Assembly (NCBI GenBank): GCA_965226495.1
Contig: OZ245365.1
Span: 256,001 to 320,000, forward strand
Direction: 5' to 3'
Origin: Candidatus Marinacidobacterales bacterium
GTDB taxonomy: Bacteria; Acidobacteriota; Vicinamibacteria; Marinacidobacterales; DATDRI01
Length of the DNA: 64,000 nucleotides
The notes beneath the pieces are model-generated. The model did not search any database, was not told where the DNA came from, and saw nothing but the letters and a program-made list of their open reading frames with translations. The position numbers and the translations under genes are program-made. Below, piece by piece: positions 27,366 to 37,140 of this stretch. Position 1 is the first letter of the stretch. Every line of letters begins with the position of its first letter.

Positions 27366-29958
27366 TCAGGTCTTGACTGCGTAGGTTGCGGCCAGTAGCT
27401 CGGCAACATTGCGGAAACGCCCATCCGGCTCTTCGGCCAGACATCGGGCAATGATCTGGTCCAGCGCCACGGGGATTCCAGGCACGAGCTTCTGAAGGGT
27501 AGGGGGAGCACCGTTGGCTGCCGCTTGAGGGCTGGCGGGGTGGAGCCCAGTCATTCCGTGGAAGAGCAGCCCGCCCAGCGAGTAGATGTCGGTTCTCGCG
27601 TCGGCTGGGTTGCCGGCGAGGAACTCCGGAGGCGCATATCCATCGCCTTTGCCGAGCGCAGGCGTACGGAGGGCGCCCAAGCCGAGACCGGATAGACGTA
27701 ATTTACCGCCCTTGGCGACCAGTACATCGGTCAACTTCAGATCCTTGTGTAAAACCTGCCGTTGATGCGCGTATGCCAGGGCAATGCACAGGTTGGTGAG
27801 GAGATCGATCGCCTGCCTGACGTTCAGGCGTCGGTCGCCCGATAAGATCGCCGCCAGGCTGCGACCCTCTACGAACTCCATGATTACGGTTTTTTGTCCG
27901 CGCATCTCAGTCAATCCGAGCAGGCGAACCAGGTTTGGATGATCGAAGCTGCGAGCGATCTTCGCCTCTGCCAAGAAACGTTTGACGGTCTCATCGTTCT
28001 GGAGGAGGTCTTTCCTCAAGATCTTCGCGACGACCGGCCGGCCATTGCGAGTATCGAGGGCTTTGAACGTTCCGCCCAAGAGACCGCGGCCCAGTTCCTC
28101 AATCAACTTGAAATGAGGAGTGGGCGCAGTGCCTGCCGTCGGAGCCGAAGCTTTCGGAGTCGCGGCGGTCGGACGCGGTGGTGCAGCGGCCGGTGCGGGT
28201 GTTGCGGGGACAGTAGGCTGCCGCGGTGCTTCCGTCGCTGGTGCCGCCGAAGCCGGGGGTAACACCGCAGGTGCTAGCGTGGCCGGAGCGACAACTGCGG
28301 CAGGCGCGGCGGGCGGTGGCATCGGCGCAGCAGGCGGCGCGGCAGGCGGAGCGGCAGGCGCCGGAGCCTGTTGAGCCTGTTGAGCCTGTTGAGACTGCTG
28401 CGCGGCGGACGCCGGATCGCTCAAACGTGCAATCCTTTCTTCCACATCCTCGTACCCGTAGCGCTCGGCCATTACCTGACGGAACGTCTCGATCGCTTCC
28501 TCGCGCTTGCCGAGTTTTTCGTAGACCAATCCCAGGCAAAAGTAATGTTCCAATGTCTGAGGTCCGATGGGCCGATCGCGCAACACTCGCTGGAGCTTCT
28601 CCTGGGCGAGGGAGACCATGTTCTTGTCGAGGAAGAGGCGCGAGAGTAGAACCGTCGCGGTCTCGTAGTTCTCATCCGACGGTTCGACTCGCTGAAATAG
28701 CTGGATTGCCCGTTCCCCTTCACCCCGACCATGAGCCAACTTGCCCGCCTCGAAGAAACGCCCTGCCTTTTCGAAGAGCTCAGAAGCCTTGTTCTCTTCT
28801 CCAACCTCGGAGTACAACTTGGCCGCCATCAGCGCGTCACCGCCGCGTTCGAACATCTCTGCGGCTTTTTCCTTTTTTTCCGCGAGGAGATAGACGTTCG
28901 CCGCCTGAAGAAGAGACTCGCTCTGCTCGTAGCACTTCGCGGCGGAGGTGAGATCGCCCACCGACTCGAAAAGCTCGGCCGCCCGTAGGTTGTCCCCGCC
29001 CTTTAGGAATTCCTCAGCGGCCTTCGCGGCATCGCCTTGGCGGAACGCAACCTCGCCTCTGATTGCGGCGGCCCTTTCTGTCTGGCCCGCTTTCTCGAAC
29101 ATCTCCGCGGCTTTCCCCAGCTCCTCTTCTTTGAGGTGCAGCTCTCCGGCTTGGTCGAACTTGCCCATACGGGCCGCGAGCTCGGCCGCCTTCTTGGACA
29201 GGCGGGCACGTTGGTAGATATTGGCCGCCTTCTCCAGTTCACCCACCTTTTCGTACAGCTGTCCTGCGATCAAGGCGACCTTGGCTTCCCGATCGGAAGA
29301 GGAGGAGATGAGGCCGCCGCCTCCGAAAGAGCTAGTGGCTAGCCAGTGTTTCTCGTAGTTCTCGGCTGCCTTCAGTTGTTTCCCCATTTTTTCGAAGGCC
29401 TGAGCGGCCTGAGGATGGTAGGAAACTTGCTCGTAAAGCTCGGCGGCTCGGTCGTATACCTCGGCGTCGTAGTAGAGTTTCGCCGCGTCGATCTTCTGCC
29501 CGTTTTGTTCGTAGATTTCCGCGGCCTTCGCGCCATGTCCGGAGGTAACTAGAGTATTGGCGGCACGCTTCCAGTCGTCCGCTCGCCGATACATTTCCGC
29601 GGCGTGCTCATAATGTTCGAGCTTCTCGTACAGGGTCCCCAGCGGCAGTGTATTCTTCGGCTTCCTGGTACGTTTCTATGGCCTCTTCGTACCACTCCGC
29701 GTCTTCGTAGAGTTGGGCCGCCCCCACGATGTCACCTTTCTTCTTGAGGTTCGTGACTTCACGAGTGAATTGCATCGCACGATACTTCTCGCCTCCGAAA
29801 CGATCGATGATCTGGTCCCAGACTCCTGACTCCTCGAGCTTGCTCCGCAACGGTGGGAACAGATAGGTCTTGATGACGTAGATGGCGAAGAGAATAAGGG
29901 CGATCGGTACGAAGATATCGACGATCGGTGCCGGCAAGAAGCTTTTAAGGAAACTCAT
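27366..29958 (-). CDS. Membrane-anchored TPR/alpha-solenoid protein with C-terminal Hanks-type kinase-like domain; +1 frameshift at ~29637-29640
   Basis: N-terminal TM, repeated A..AAE.YE/FEKAG units, Pro/Ala linker and kinase subdomains LGRG, VVAK, HPNLV, HKDLK and DIYSLG. Removing one G from GGGG joins the two ORFs (AAG-TLYEKLEHYEHAAEMYRR). Confidence 0.8.
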
Positions 29959-30103
29959 GACTTCGAGTCAGAGGCCCACCTGGTTAATACTTGAGAGGAC
30001 ATGCGCACGAACAAGAAGTGACATTCATTTTCGCATGGCCCACCCCGAAATGTCAAAGCATCTCTTTCTCAGTAGTTTACGGAGAGGGCCCGGCCGCCTC
30101 CCC

Positions 30104-30132
30104 TTGACGGACTCTCGCCGGGTCGCTAGCAT
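30104..30132 (+). promoter_or_regulatory. Putative sigma70 promoter for the gspE/pilB-like gene
   Basis: TTGACG-N17-TAGCAT. Confidence 0.55.
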
Positions 30133-30159
30133 TGTGTTGGAGGTACTGGCCCCCAACGT

Positions 30160-30324
30160 AGGGCATCATAACAAGGGTTGCCACAGTCTGACTTGCTCAG
30201 GCGCAGCCAAAAACGGGGTTGCGCTAACCGGACAAAGTGAGAGGCACCCAAACTAACTGGTTGCTGAACCGGAAGTGGTCAGGGGTTCCCTGAACACTTG
30301 GTTGCCATAACTCGACTCAGTCAG
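30160..30324 (+). repeat. Degenerate tandem repeat, 4 x 41-42 bp (family B core)
   Basis: GGTTGC at 30176, 30217, 30259 and 30300; T(C/G)AG at 30197, 30238, 30279 and 30321. Confidence 0.7.
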
Positions 30325-30337
30325 GGGCTGGGCACTC

Positions 30338-31954
30338 ATGGCCAAAGGCGCAGCAGGGGACGCTAAGTGGGATGTAGAAGAGGCGCATCGCCTCGCCGGG
30401 CGATACGGCTACCCCTTCGTCGATCTCACCAATTACCAAGAGGACGTCGCTCTGTGGCAACACGTATCGATGGATCTGATCCTGCGCTATCGATTCCTGC
30501 CTCTCCGAGACGGGGGACAGTCGCTCGTCGTCGCCGTTGCTAATCCTGAGAAATACCAGATTCTCGACGATCTCGAGCTTGCCTTGGGGCGTCCGCTTGC
30601 CCTCGAAGTCGCCCCAAGCTCTCAGATCGATGCCATACTGGAACGCAACGCCAGCTCGAGCTTCCTTCTTGAAGAGGCCTCGGAACAGCTGAAACTGGAA
30701 TTGGTCAACGAGGACAACGTCGCCAGCCTTGCCAGCGGGGACTCGGCACTCGACGAGCAATTGGCCGAGCAAAAGAGCCCCATCATCAAACTCGTCGACA
30801 GTCTCATCTTGAACGCGGTCGAGCGGCGAGCCAGCGATATTCATATCGAGACGAAGGATGGAGAGGTCGTACTTAAGTATCGAGTAGACGGAGTTCTCTA
30901 TTCCGCCATGGAGCCTCTCGACCCCGTCCATAGCGCGACCATTATTTCTCGAGTCAAAGTGATGGCGGAGCTCGATGTCGCGGAAAGACGCGTGCCGCAG
31001 GATGGGCGTTTCAAGATGAGGGTTCGGGGGCGCACCATTGATTTTAGAGTCTCCATCATGCCTAGTATTTTTGGCGAAGACGCCGTGATCCGGCTCTTGG
31101 ATAAGGAATCCATCAGCGAGCAGTTCAAGAGCCTCAGTTTGGATGTGCTCGGCCTACCGCCTTTGGAGCTGAAGCGCTTCAGGAAATACATTACCGAGCC
31201 CTATGGCATGATCCTGGTGACCGGCCCCACGGGCAGCGGCAAGACCACCACGCTCTACGCTGCACTTTCCGAGATAGCGAGCCCGGAGCAGAAAATCGTA
31301 ACCATCGAGGATCCGGTGGAGTACCAGATAGCGAACATCACGCAGGTACCAGTCAACGAACGAAAGGGACTGACCTTCGCGCGGGGATTGCGTTCTCTGC
31401 TTCGCCACGATCCGGACAAGATTATGGTGGGTGAGGTGCGGGACCCGGAAACCGCGAAGATCGCGGTGCAGGCCGCATTAACCGGGCACTTGGTATTCAC
31501 TACCGTTCATGCCAATAACGTTTTCGATGTGATCGGACGTTTTATCCACATGGGTGTCGAGCCCTACAATTTCGTTTCGGCGCTCAACTGCGTGATGGCA
31601 CAGCGGCTGGTCCGGGTGATTTGTCCATCCTGCAAGATCGAGGTCCAGCCAGAAGAGGTCTTGCTCGAAGAGTCTGGTCTCGAGCCGACAACCTATCGGG
31701 ATAGCCCGCTCTATGAAGGCACGGGCTGTCGCGTGTGCACCGGCACCGGTTTTCGAGGACGGACCGCGATATGCGAGTTGTTGGATTTGTCCGACCGTGT
31801 ACGTCAAATGATCCTCGAGCACCGTAGTGCCGCGGAGTTGAAGCAGGCGGTGCGCACGGAAGGAATGACGCTTCTTCGCGAGAATGCGCTCGAAAAAGCC
31901 TTCGCCGGCGTCACTACTCTCCGCGAGATAAATAAAGTAACCTTCGTCGACTGA
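30338..31954 (+). CDS. GspE/PilB family secretion/pilus assembly ATPase
   Basis: ASDIHIE, ERRVPQDGRF, GPTGSGKTTTLY, TIEDPVEY, LRHDPD.IMVGEVRD, TGHLVFTTVH and tetracysteine motif. Confidence 0.93.
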   Translation: MAKGAAGDAKWDVEEAHRLAGRYGYPFVDLTNYQEDVALWQHVSMDLILRYRFLPLRDGGQSLVVAVANPEKYQILDDLELALGRPLALEVAPSSQIDAILERNASSSFLLEEASEQLKLELVNEDNVASLASGDSALDEQLAEQKSPIIKLVDSLILNAVERRASDIHIETKDGEVVLKYRVDGVLYSAMEPLDPVHSATIISRVKVMAELDVAERRVPQDGRFKMRVRGRTIDFRVSIMPSIFGEDAVIRLLDKESISEQFKSLSLDVLGLPPLELKRFRKYITEPYGMILVTGPTGSGKTTTLYAALSEIASPEQKIVTIEDPVEYQIANITQVPVNERKGLTFARGLRSLLRHDPDKIMVGEVRDPETAKIAVQAALTGHLVFTTVHANNVFDVIGRFIHMGVEPYNFVSALNCVMAQRLVRVICPSCKIEVQPEEVLLEESGLEPTTYRDSPLYEGTGCRVCTGTGFRGRTAICELLDLSDRVRQMILEHRSAAELKQAVRTEGMTLLRENALEKAFAGVTTLREINKVTFVD

Positions 31955-31963
31955 GGTGGCCCG

Positions 31964-32398
31964 TTGGATAAGGCTCGGCGCGATTTCCAGAATCCAAACG
32001 ACGAAGAGATGCGAAGCCTCCTGGATCGAACTCGGACGATTGCGGTGTTGGGGCTTTCCCCGAGTCCCGAACGCGCGAGTCATCGTATCGCGAAGTTCCT
32101 CATCGACCGCGGCTATACGGTGTTCGGAGTAAGGCCAGATGTCGACGAGATACTTGGCCGACCCTGCTATCCCCGCCTTGCCGATGTCCCCCAGAAAATA
32201 GATATGGTCGACGTGTTCCGGCGCCGGGACACTTTAGCCGGACATACCGAGGAGACCATCGCGGTTGGTGCAAGCTCGTTGTGGTTTCAACTCGGATTGG
32301 TAGAAGAGGACTCCGCGCTAAGAGCTCAAGACGCCGGGATCGAGGTGGTGATGAATCGCTGCATCATGATCGAGCACGGACGACTGATCGGTACATGA
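31964..32398 (+). CDS. CoA-binding protein (YccU-like)
   Basis: TIAVLGLS..PERAS, IDMVDVFRR, WFQLG and VVMNRC. Confidence 0.88.
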   Translation: MDKARRDFQNPNDEEMRSLLDRTRTIAVLGLSPSPERASHRIAKFLIDRGYTVFGVRPDVDEILGRPCYPRLADVPQKIDMVDVFRRRDTLAGHTEETIAVGASSLWFQLGLVEEDSALRAQDAGIEVVMNRCIMIEHGRLIGT

Positions 32399-32412
32399 AT
32401 GTACCGATCAGT
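32383..32412. terminator. Perfect hairpin centred on the CoA-binding gene stop codon
   Basis: ACTGATCGGTACA-TGAA-TGTACCGATCAGT; no U-tract. Confidence 0.4.
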
Positions 32413-32587
32413 GTACGTCGAGAGCGGGGGTGGATCCCCACACCGTGGGCGCCTCGACGTCGAGGGGAATGTACTAAATGGCTGTTACGTAATATGTTAT
32501 GGGGAGGGTAGATAGCGGCGTGGGTTTGTGCACGAATCTTGCTTATATCTGAATTATAGGATCGCATTGGGAGCGGAGGAGAATCCT

Positions 32588-33166
32588 GTGCATGCGCAAA
32601 CGCCAACTGAGTATTTCCGAGAGCTCGTCGAAAACGCCATAGCCAGACAGAAGCTGACTTCGAGTGAAGTCTCTTCGTTTTACTTAGTGCAACTCCTTGA
32701 TTCGTTTGTCCGGCCGGATCGCACCCTTGCCGACTCCGGCGTTGACTACGATCAGCCCCTCGCGCACCTTCTTTGCGAGGCCATTGCTAGTGCGGAAACC
32801 CGTCGGTTCGCGCTCTTCAAAGCGACGGGGGACCTGTCGCTTTTCATCTCCGGATTCTTCTCGGACAGTTTGAGCCGCAAGCGAGTCGACTTCGACTACT
32901 ACGTGAGTATGGGAGGCTATGCCTATCGGCGGGCGGCTAGCTTGAGCGCTCACCAAACCGCGGCCGATGTGTTCGAAGAACTTTCGGAGAAATTCGTCCG
33001 CTTCGTCGATGTTCTGACCGAGGTTAGCGAAGCCAGCTCACTTACCGACCACAAGAGTCTTCTTCGGCTCTATGAGAAGTGGCTTCGAACCGGGAGCGAG
33101 CGAACTGCCGCGCAACTGCGTGAGCACGGCGTCCTTCCCGCTCCGGGCTCCAAGCTCATTCAATAG
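32588..33166 (+). CDS. Conserved hypothetical protein
   Basis: SD GGAGGAG before GTG 32588. Motifs YF.ELV..A, FYLV.LL..F and GD.SLFISGFFSDSL.RK.VD.DYY..MG..AY. Confidence 0.75.
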   Translation: MHAQTPTEYFRELVENAIARQKLTSSEVSSFYLVQLLDSFVRPDRTLADSGVDYDQPLAHLLCEAIASAETRRFALFKATGDLSLFISGFFSDSLSRKRVDFDYYVSMGGYAYRRAASLSAHQTAADVFEELSEKFVRFVDVLTEVSEASSLTDHKSLLRLYEKWLRTGSERTAAQLREHGVLPAPGSKLIQ

Positions 33167-33175
33167 GGCTGGCCG

Positions 33176-33826
33176 ATGCTAGCGACCCTCCTCTCCCAAA
33201 TTGATCGGATCTATGACTTGGAGCTCGAGGTCGAAATCGATGAGTTCATGATTAGCCGCGAGCTCTGTCAAAGCGTGGCTGGCAACCAGGCCGAGGGTAG
33301 TGCGGTCCTAGTGCGCCAAGGCGAAGAAGAGACGATCCAGTTGGGTGTTTATATAGGCGAAGATACTCTGACTCGGCTTCGCGACGTCGACCTCGCAACC
33401 GGTGTCGAGTCCGAACACGTTCCGGCGCTTTGCACTGCCATCGAAGAAGTCAGTCATTTCGCATATTTGATATGGAACGCCCATCGTGACAAGTCGGTCA
33501 CGCAACTGGAGCTAGAGCTTCAGGCAGAAGTAGACAAGTTCGTCACTTCGGCACTCCTGCTAGCTCGAAGAAACCGTGGCCTCATTCCCGCCGATCTCCT
33601 AGACCGCCTGTTCGGTGATTTCAATCTGCGTGACGGATTGGACGGGACGCGGCGCGAGCGCTACTTGACGGCCAGCTCCTTCGCACGTACTTATTGCTCC
33701 TTCCTGGTCCGACGTTTTCTTCGCGAGTCTCGTGTCGCAGACCTCCTTGCTGAGCTCCGTTACTTCTATCGGCTCACCCAGCGAGGTAAGATCGGGCACA
33801 TCTATCGGACCGCGTACGTCGCCTGA
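33176..33826 (+). CDS. Conserved hypothetical protein with zincin-like EExSH...ELELQAEVDKF motif
   Basis: AIEEVSHF.YL and VTQLELELQAEVDKF; 9 nt after the previous gene. Confidence 0.7.
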   Translation: MLATLLSQIDRIYDLELEVEIDEFMISRELCQSVAGNQAEGSAVLVRQGEEETIQLGVYIGEDTLTRLRDVDLATGVESEHVPALCTAIEEVSHFAYLIWNAHRDKSVTQLELELQAEVDKFVTSALLLARRNRGLIPADLLDRLFGDFNLRDGLDGTRRERYLTASSFARTYCSFLVRRFLRESRVADLLAELRYFYRLTQRGKIGHIYRTAYVA

Positions 33827-33849
33827 GTCTCGTTCGAGGCGGGCTTCGA

Positions 33850-33898
33850 CCGGCTAGCTCCAAACTGGCTATGACCTCTTTTGGCGGCAAGCGGGACC
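33850..33898 (-). repeat. Solo copy of repeat family B
   Basis: Minus strand GCTTGCCGCCAAA-N18-GGAGCTAGCC matches the 46.1-kb array units. Confidence 0.6.
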
Positions 33899-33947
33899 TT
33901 CCCCCCCCACGGCTCGGGTCTTGTCGCCGGGCATCTTTCAGTGCTCG

Positions 33948-34078
33948 CTCACTCCTTCATGAATGGCGCGGGGCCCCACCCCCACGCCTCATGCTACGTC
34001 GACTCGCGACTTCGCATGGGCTCACGGCTGCGTTCGGCCGCTGTCCTCCGGTCGCAGGCTCTCGCTGCGGCCGGCGGC
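33948..34078 (-). repeat. Dispersed repeat family A, copy 3 (long form)
   Basis: Near-identical reverse complement of 45951-46080. Confidence 0.9.
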
Positions 34079-34104
34079 CGGCTAACTAGATTTCCCGGCG
34101 AGAG

Positions 34105-35016
34105 ATGTTTCCCTTCCCACTGATTTACAGCGAGGACTACATCGTCGATCTGGGTGATCATGTTTTCCCGGCCATCAAGTACCGCCTCGTCAGGGAGCGC
34201 CTGCTTTCGGAGGAAACTGCATCGGTCGGCGATTTCATAGAGCCACCCCCCATTCAAGACGTCGATGTCCTGCGTGCTCACACCCGTGAGTATCTGGAAA
34301 AGATCAAGACAGACACGTTGAGCCACGAAGAGGTGGCGAGACTCGAGCTCCCCTTTTCAGAAGGCCTTGTCAGGGGCGTCTGGTCGTCGACGGGAGGAAC
34401 GCTCCTCGCTTGTGAGCGCGCACTCGAGAAGAGAGTTGCAATAAACCTTTCCGGAGGCTACCACCACGCGTTCGCCGACCATGGGGAAGGTTTCTGTCTG
34501 TTGAACGATGTCGCCATCTCCGTGGCCTCGATGCACGCGCAAAAAAGGATATTGCGTTCCGCGATCGTGGACTTGGACGTTCACCAGGGAAATGGCACCG
34601 CGGCTATCTTCTCTGATTGGCCAGAGGTCTTTACGTTCAGCATGCATCAAGAAGACAATTACCCTTTTGTAAAGCCGCCATCCGATCTCGATATCGGACT
34701 CCCAGACGGAGCCGGCGGGGGCGTGTACTTGGAGGCGCTAGGCAAGCATCTGCCCGCCATTTTGAAAACACACTGCCCTGACTTGATAGTCTATTTGGCG
34801 GGCGCTGATCCTTACCACCAGGATCGCCTTGGCGGATTGGGCTTGACCTTGGAAGACTTAGCCGAAAGAGACAGGATGGTACTCGCTGAGTCGTTCAGGC
34901 ATTCGATTCCGGTAGCCGTCGTGCTCGCCGGTGGATACGCCCAAGATACTCGCGATACTGTCCGTATCCATGTCGGGACGGTAGAAGCCGCTCTCCGACT
35001 CTCTAAATCAAACTGA
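34105..35016 (+). CDS. Histone deacetylase family protein
   Basis: H.FP..KY, GGYHHA, GFC.LND, DLDVHQGNGT, GADP..D.LG and GGY. Confidence 0.93.
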   Translation: MFPFPLIYSEDYIVDLGDHVFPAIKYRLVRERLLSEETASVGDFIEPPPIQDVDVLRAHTREYLEKIKTDTLSHEEVARLELPFSEGLVRGVWSSTGGTLLACERALEKRVAINLSGGYHHAFADHGEGFCLLNDVAISVASMHAQKRILRSAIVDLDVHQGNGTAAIFSDWPEVFTFSMHQEDNYPFVKPPSDLDIGLPDGAGGGVYLEALGKHLPAILKTHCPDLIVYLAGADPYHQDRLGGLGLTLEDLAERDRMVLAESFRHSIPVAVVLAGGYAQDTRDTVRIHVGTVEAALRLSKSN

Positions 35017-36226
35017 GATGGAGCCGCTCGACTTCGTGGATGTTGGAGGCGAGGTCTCGATAGTTTTTCTTGTGAGTGGTATCGGAGGTGAGTATTCGGC
35101 GAAGCCCCTTCGCGACCGGATTCCCGTTGACGTGCTCGAAACGGAATCGAGTCAACCGAGAAAAGTAGCGAGACAGCGCCGTGGGCTCGAAGTAGACGTC
35201 TCCGCACAGAAAGATGCGATCGGAGAAAAGGTCGCTCGCGATCTCGCCTCGACCCGCCCCTTTCAGCTGGGCGAAACAGCCAAAGATAACTTTCTCGATC
35301 ACGAACAAAAGGTTCTTGAGTTGGATGTCGATGGCGCGACTGATGGTCTCGTCTTCCACGACGTACTCGATGAGCCCCCGCTCGCTGAAGCTTCTGAGGT
35401 TGGACGGCGGGGAAACTTCAGGGAGAACCTCGCCCGCCGGTTCGAGCACCGTGGGCATGCCGTCAACGGTATTCGTCACGACTTCCGGGGTTACAGGCGC
35501 TTTCGCCCGGGAGTCGTTCACCTGTCGATCGAAGAAACTCTTTGACAGTGTCCGCACCACCTGGTGAAATGTGTTGAACCCGAATGTAGTACCTAGTCGA
35601 AATTGAAGGTTTTCTTGCACGTCCCGAACCAACTGGTCCCAACTCCCGTCGCGCACCACCAAGCTTTGGAGGTTCCCATCCACGAAAACGCCGGACGCGA
35701 CACGAGTGCTGCCGACATGCACGACCATCCGAGCTCGGTGGGAATCGTCGTCGTGCCTCAAGACCGGCAGGCCCGCTCCTAACGCCGCGGCCAGAATTTC
35801 TGGTACTAGGATGATGTCCTTGGAGCGAATGCTGTGGTCGAGACAGCTCCGGATGTTCAATTGGGATTGAAGGCTGGCCGCGGTGGGGACCGTGGCCCAC
35901 AAGCGCCGCCGAGCCCAACTCGATGTCGGGGGCACGACGATTTCGAGATAGCCGCTCAATACGAGCGGATCCTCGATACGCCCCGGGAAGACGCTTACGA
36001 TGTCGTTGGACTTACCAACCAGGCGAAAAGCTCGCTGCCCAACCGCACGAATCTCCCGACCGCTGACTTGAGCCAGGGCGGGAGTTCGTTGTTCCTCTAC
36101 GTCGCCGCGGCGTCGCGCCTGGAGTACCACGCACTCGCGAGAGTCGAGAGCGAGACCTATTTCCTGATAATTGAACACGGTTTTTTTCGGGTTCGGTGCT
36201 TGATTGAGTGTCTCTTTAAGTATCAC
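35003..36226 (-). CDS. Divergent MreB/actin-like protein
   Basis: AVG..A.RLVG, VPT, LVPEILAAALGAGLPV, MVVHVG, EIASDL..RIFLCG and PVAKG are collinear with the MreB motifs. Confidence 0.65.
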   Translation of the reverse strand: MILKETLNQAPNPKKTVFNYQEIGLALDSRECVVLQARRRGDVEEQRTPALAQVSGREIRAVGQRAFRLVGKSNDIVSVFPGRIEDPLVLSGYLEIVVPPTSSWARRRLWATVPTAASLQSQLNIRSCLDHSIRSKDIILVPEILAAALGAGLPVLRHDDDSHRARMVVHVGSTRVASGVFVDGNLQSLVVRDGSWDQLVRDVQENLQFRLGTTFGFNTFHQVVRTLSKSFFDRQVNDSRAKAPVTPEVVTNTVDGMPTVLEPAGEVLPEVSPPSNLRSFSERGLIEYVVEDETISRAIDIQLKNLLFVIEKVIFGCFAQLKGAGRGEIASDLFSDRIFLCGDVYFEPTALSRYFSRLTRFRFEHVNGNPVAKGLRRILTSDTTHKKNYRDLASNIHEVERLHLSLI

Positions 36227-36306
36227 ATTAGCTTGCCAGTGTCAAAAGCGCGCCCCGTCATGCGCTCGGCAGACGGAGAGGACCGACGTGCTATACTCCC
36301 TCAGGG

Positions 36307-37140
36307 ATGAAGCGGGACGAGTGGGCCGTTCTGGTCGAGCGGCGTGTCCTTTCCGCCGACGCCTACCTCCTGTTTTTCGAAGCACCAACTCTTCCATCGA
36401 CATCCTTGCCGGGACAGTTCACGATGGTGCGCACACCTGGCGAAGGGTTACTCCTGCGTCGCCCGTACTCCATTTGTTCCGTAGAGCCCGAGACGCACCG
36501 GTTCAGTCTCCTGGTAAAGGTGGTTGGGCAAGGAACAGGTGCGTTGGCGGAGCTTCCCTTGGGCGGCGGGGTTCACTGTCTGGGACCATTAGGAACATCG
36601 TTCGAGCGACCATCCGCCGGCGCTCGTGCCGTCGTCGTTGCCGGGGGAGTTGGCATCGCACCCTTCCTCTACTTCTGTGAGAGCTTGGCGCAGAATGGCA
36701 TGATGGCTCGTGTGCTGCTGGGCGGGCGTCAAGCTCGTGACCTTTACTTGAAAGACGAATTTGTCGAACTAGGCATGGAAGTCGTCTGCTCCACCGAAGA
36801 TGGAAGCGATGGCCACCGCGGCGTCGTCACGGATCTGCTCCTGGACGCGCTGGAGGGACCCCGGCCGGTGCAACTCTATTCCTGCGGCCCTTCGGGCATG
36901 CTACGGCGCGTCGCAGAAATGGCGGCCGACAGGAATGTTCCTCACCAGGTTTCCATCGAGCGACGTATGGGTTGTGGTATGGGTTGCTGCCTAGGGTGTG
37001 TCGTGTTCGTCAGCGGTGCCATCAAGCAGGACGGCAAGCAGGACGGCAACGGTGAGGGGAACTATCATCGTGCCTGCACGGAAGGTCCAGTGTTCGACGC
37101 TGATCGAATCCATTGGGACAGAGACCAGCACCCGTTATGA
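36307..37140 (+). CDS. pyrK: Dihydroorotate dehydrogenase electron transfer subunit
   Basis: PGQF, LLRRPYSI, GPLG, GGVGIAP, CGP.GML and MGCGMGCCLGC...CTEGPVF. Confidence 0.92.
   Translation: MKRDEWAVLVERRVLSADAYLLFFEAPTLPSTSLPGQFTMVRTPGEGLLLRRPYSICSVEPETHRFSLLVKVVGQGTGALAELPLGGGVHCLGPLGTSFERPSAGARAVVVAGGVGIAPFLYFCESLAQNGMMARVLLGGRQARDLYLKDEFVELGMEVVCSTEDGSDGHRGVVTDLLLDALEGPRPVQLYSCGPSGMLRRVAEMAADRNVPHQVSIERRMGCGMGCCLGCVVFVSGAIKQDGKQDGNGEGNYHRACTEGPVFDADRIHWDRDQHPL

Noticed and set aside
28120-28400. Gly/Ala-rich plus-strand ORFs and short 9-bp repeats
   Set aside because: Antisense to the Pro/Ala/Gln-rich linker of the TPR-kinase; ordinary low-complexity coding sequence. The same applies to the poly-Pro of Pal at ~39515-39585.
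30160-30324. CRISPR array, c-di-GMP-I riboswitch, or stacked sigma54 promoters
   Set aside because: Units are degenerate along their whole length with no repeat/spacer split. The GEMM core (GGCAAAC...GAAA...GACGCAAAG) is missing. There is no GG at the -24 position relative to TTGC.
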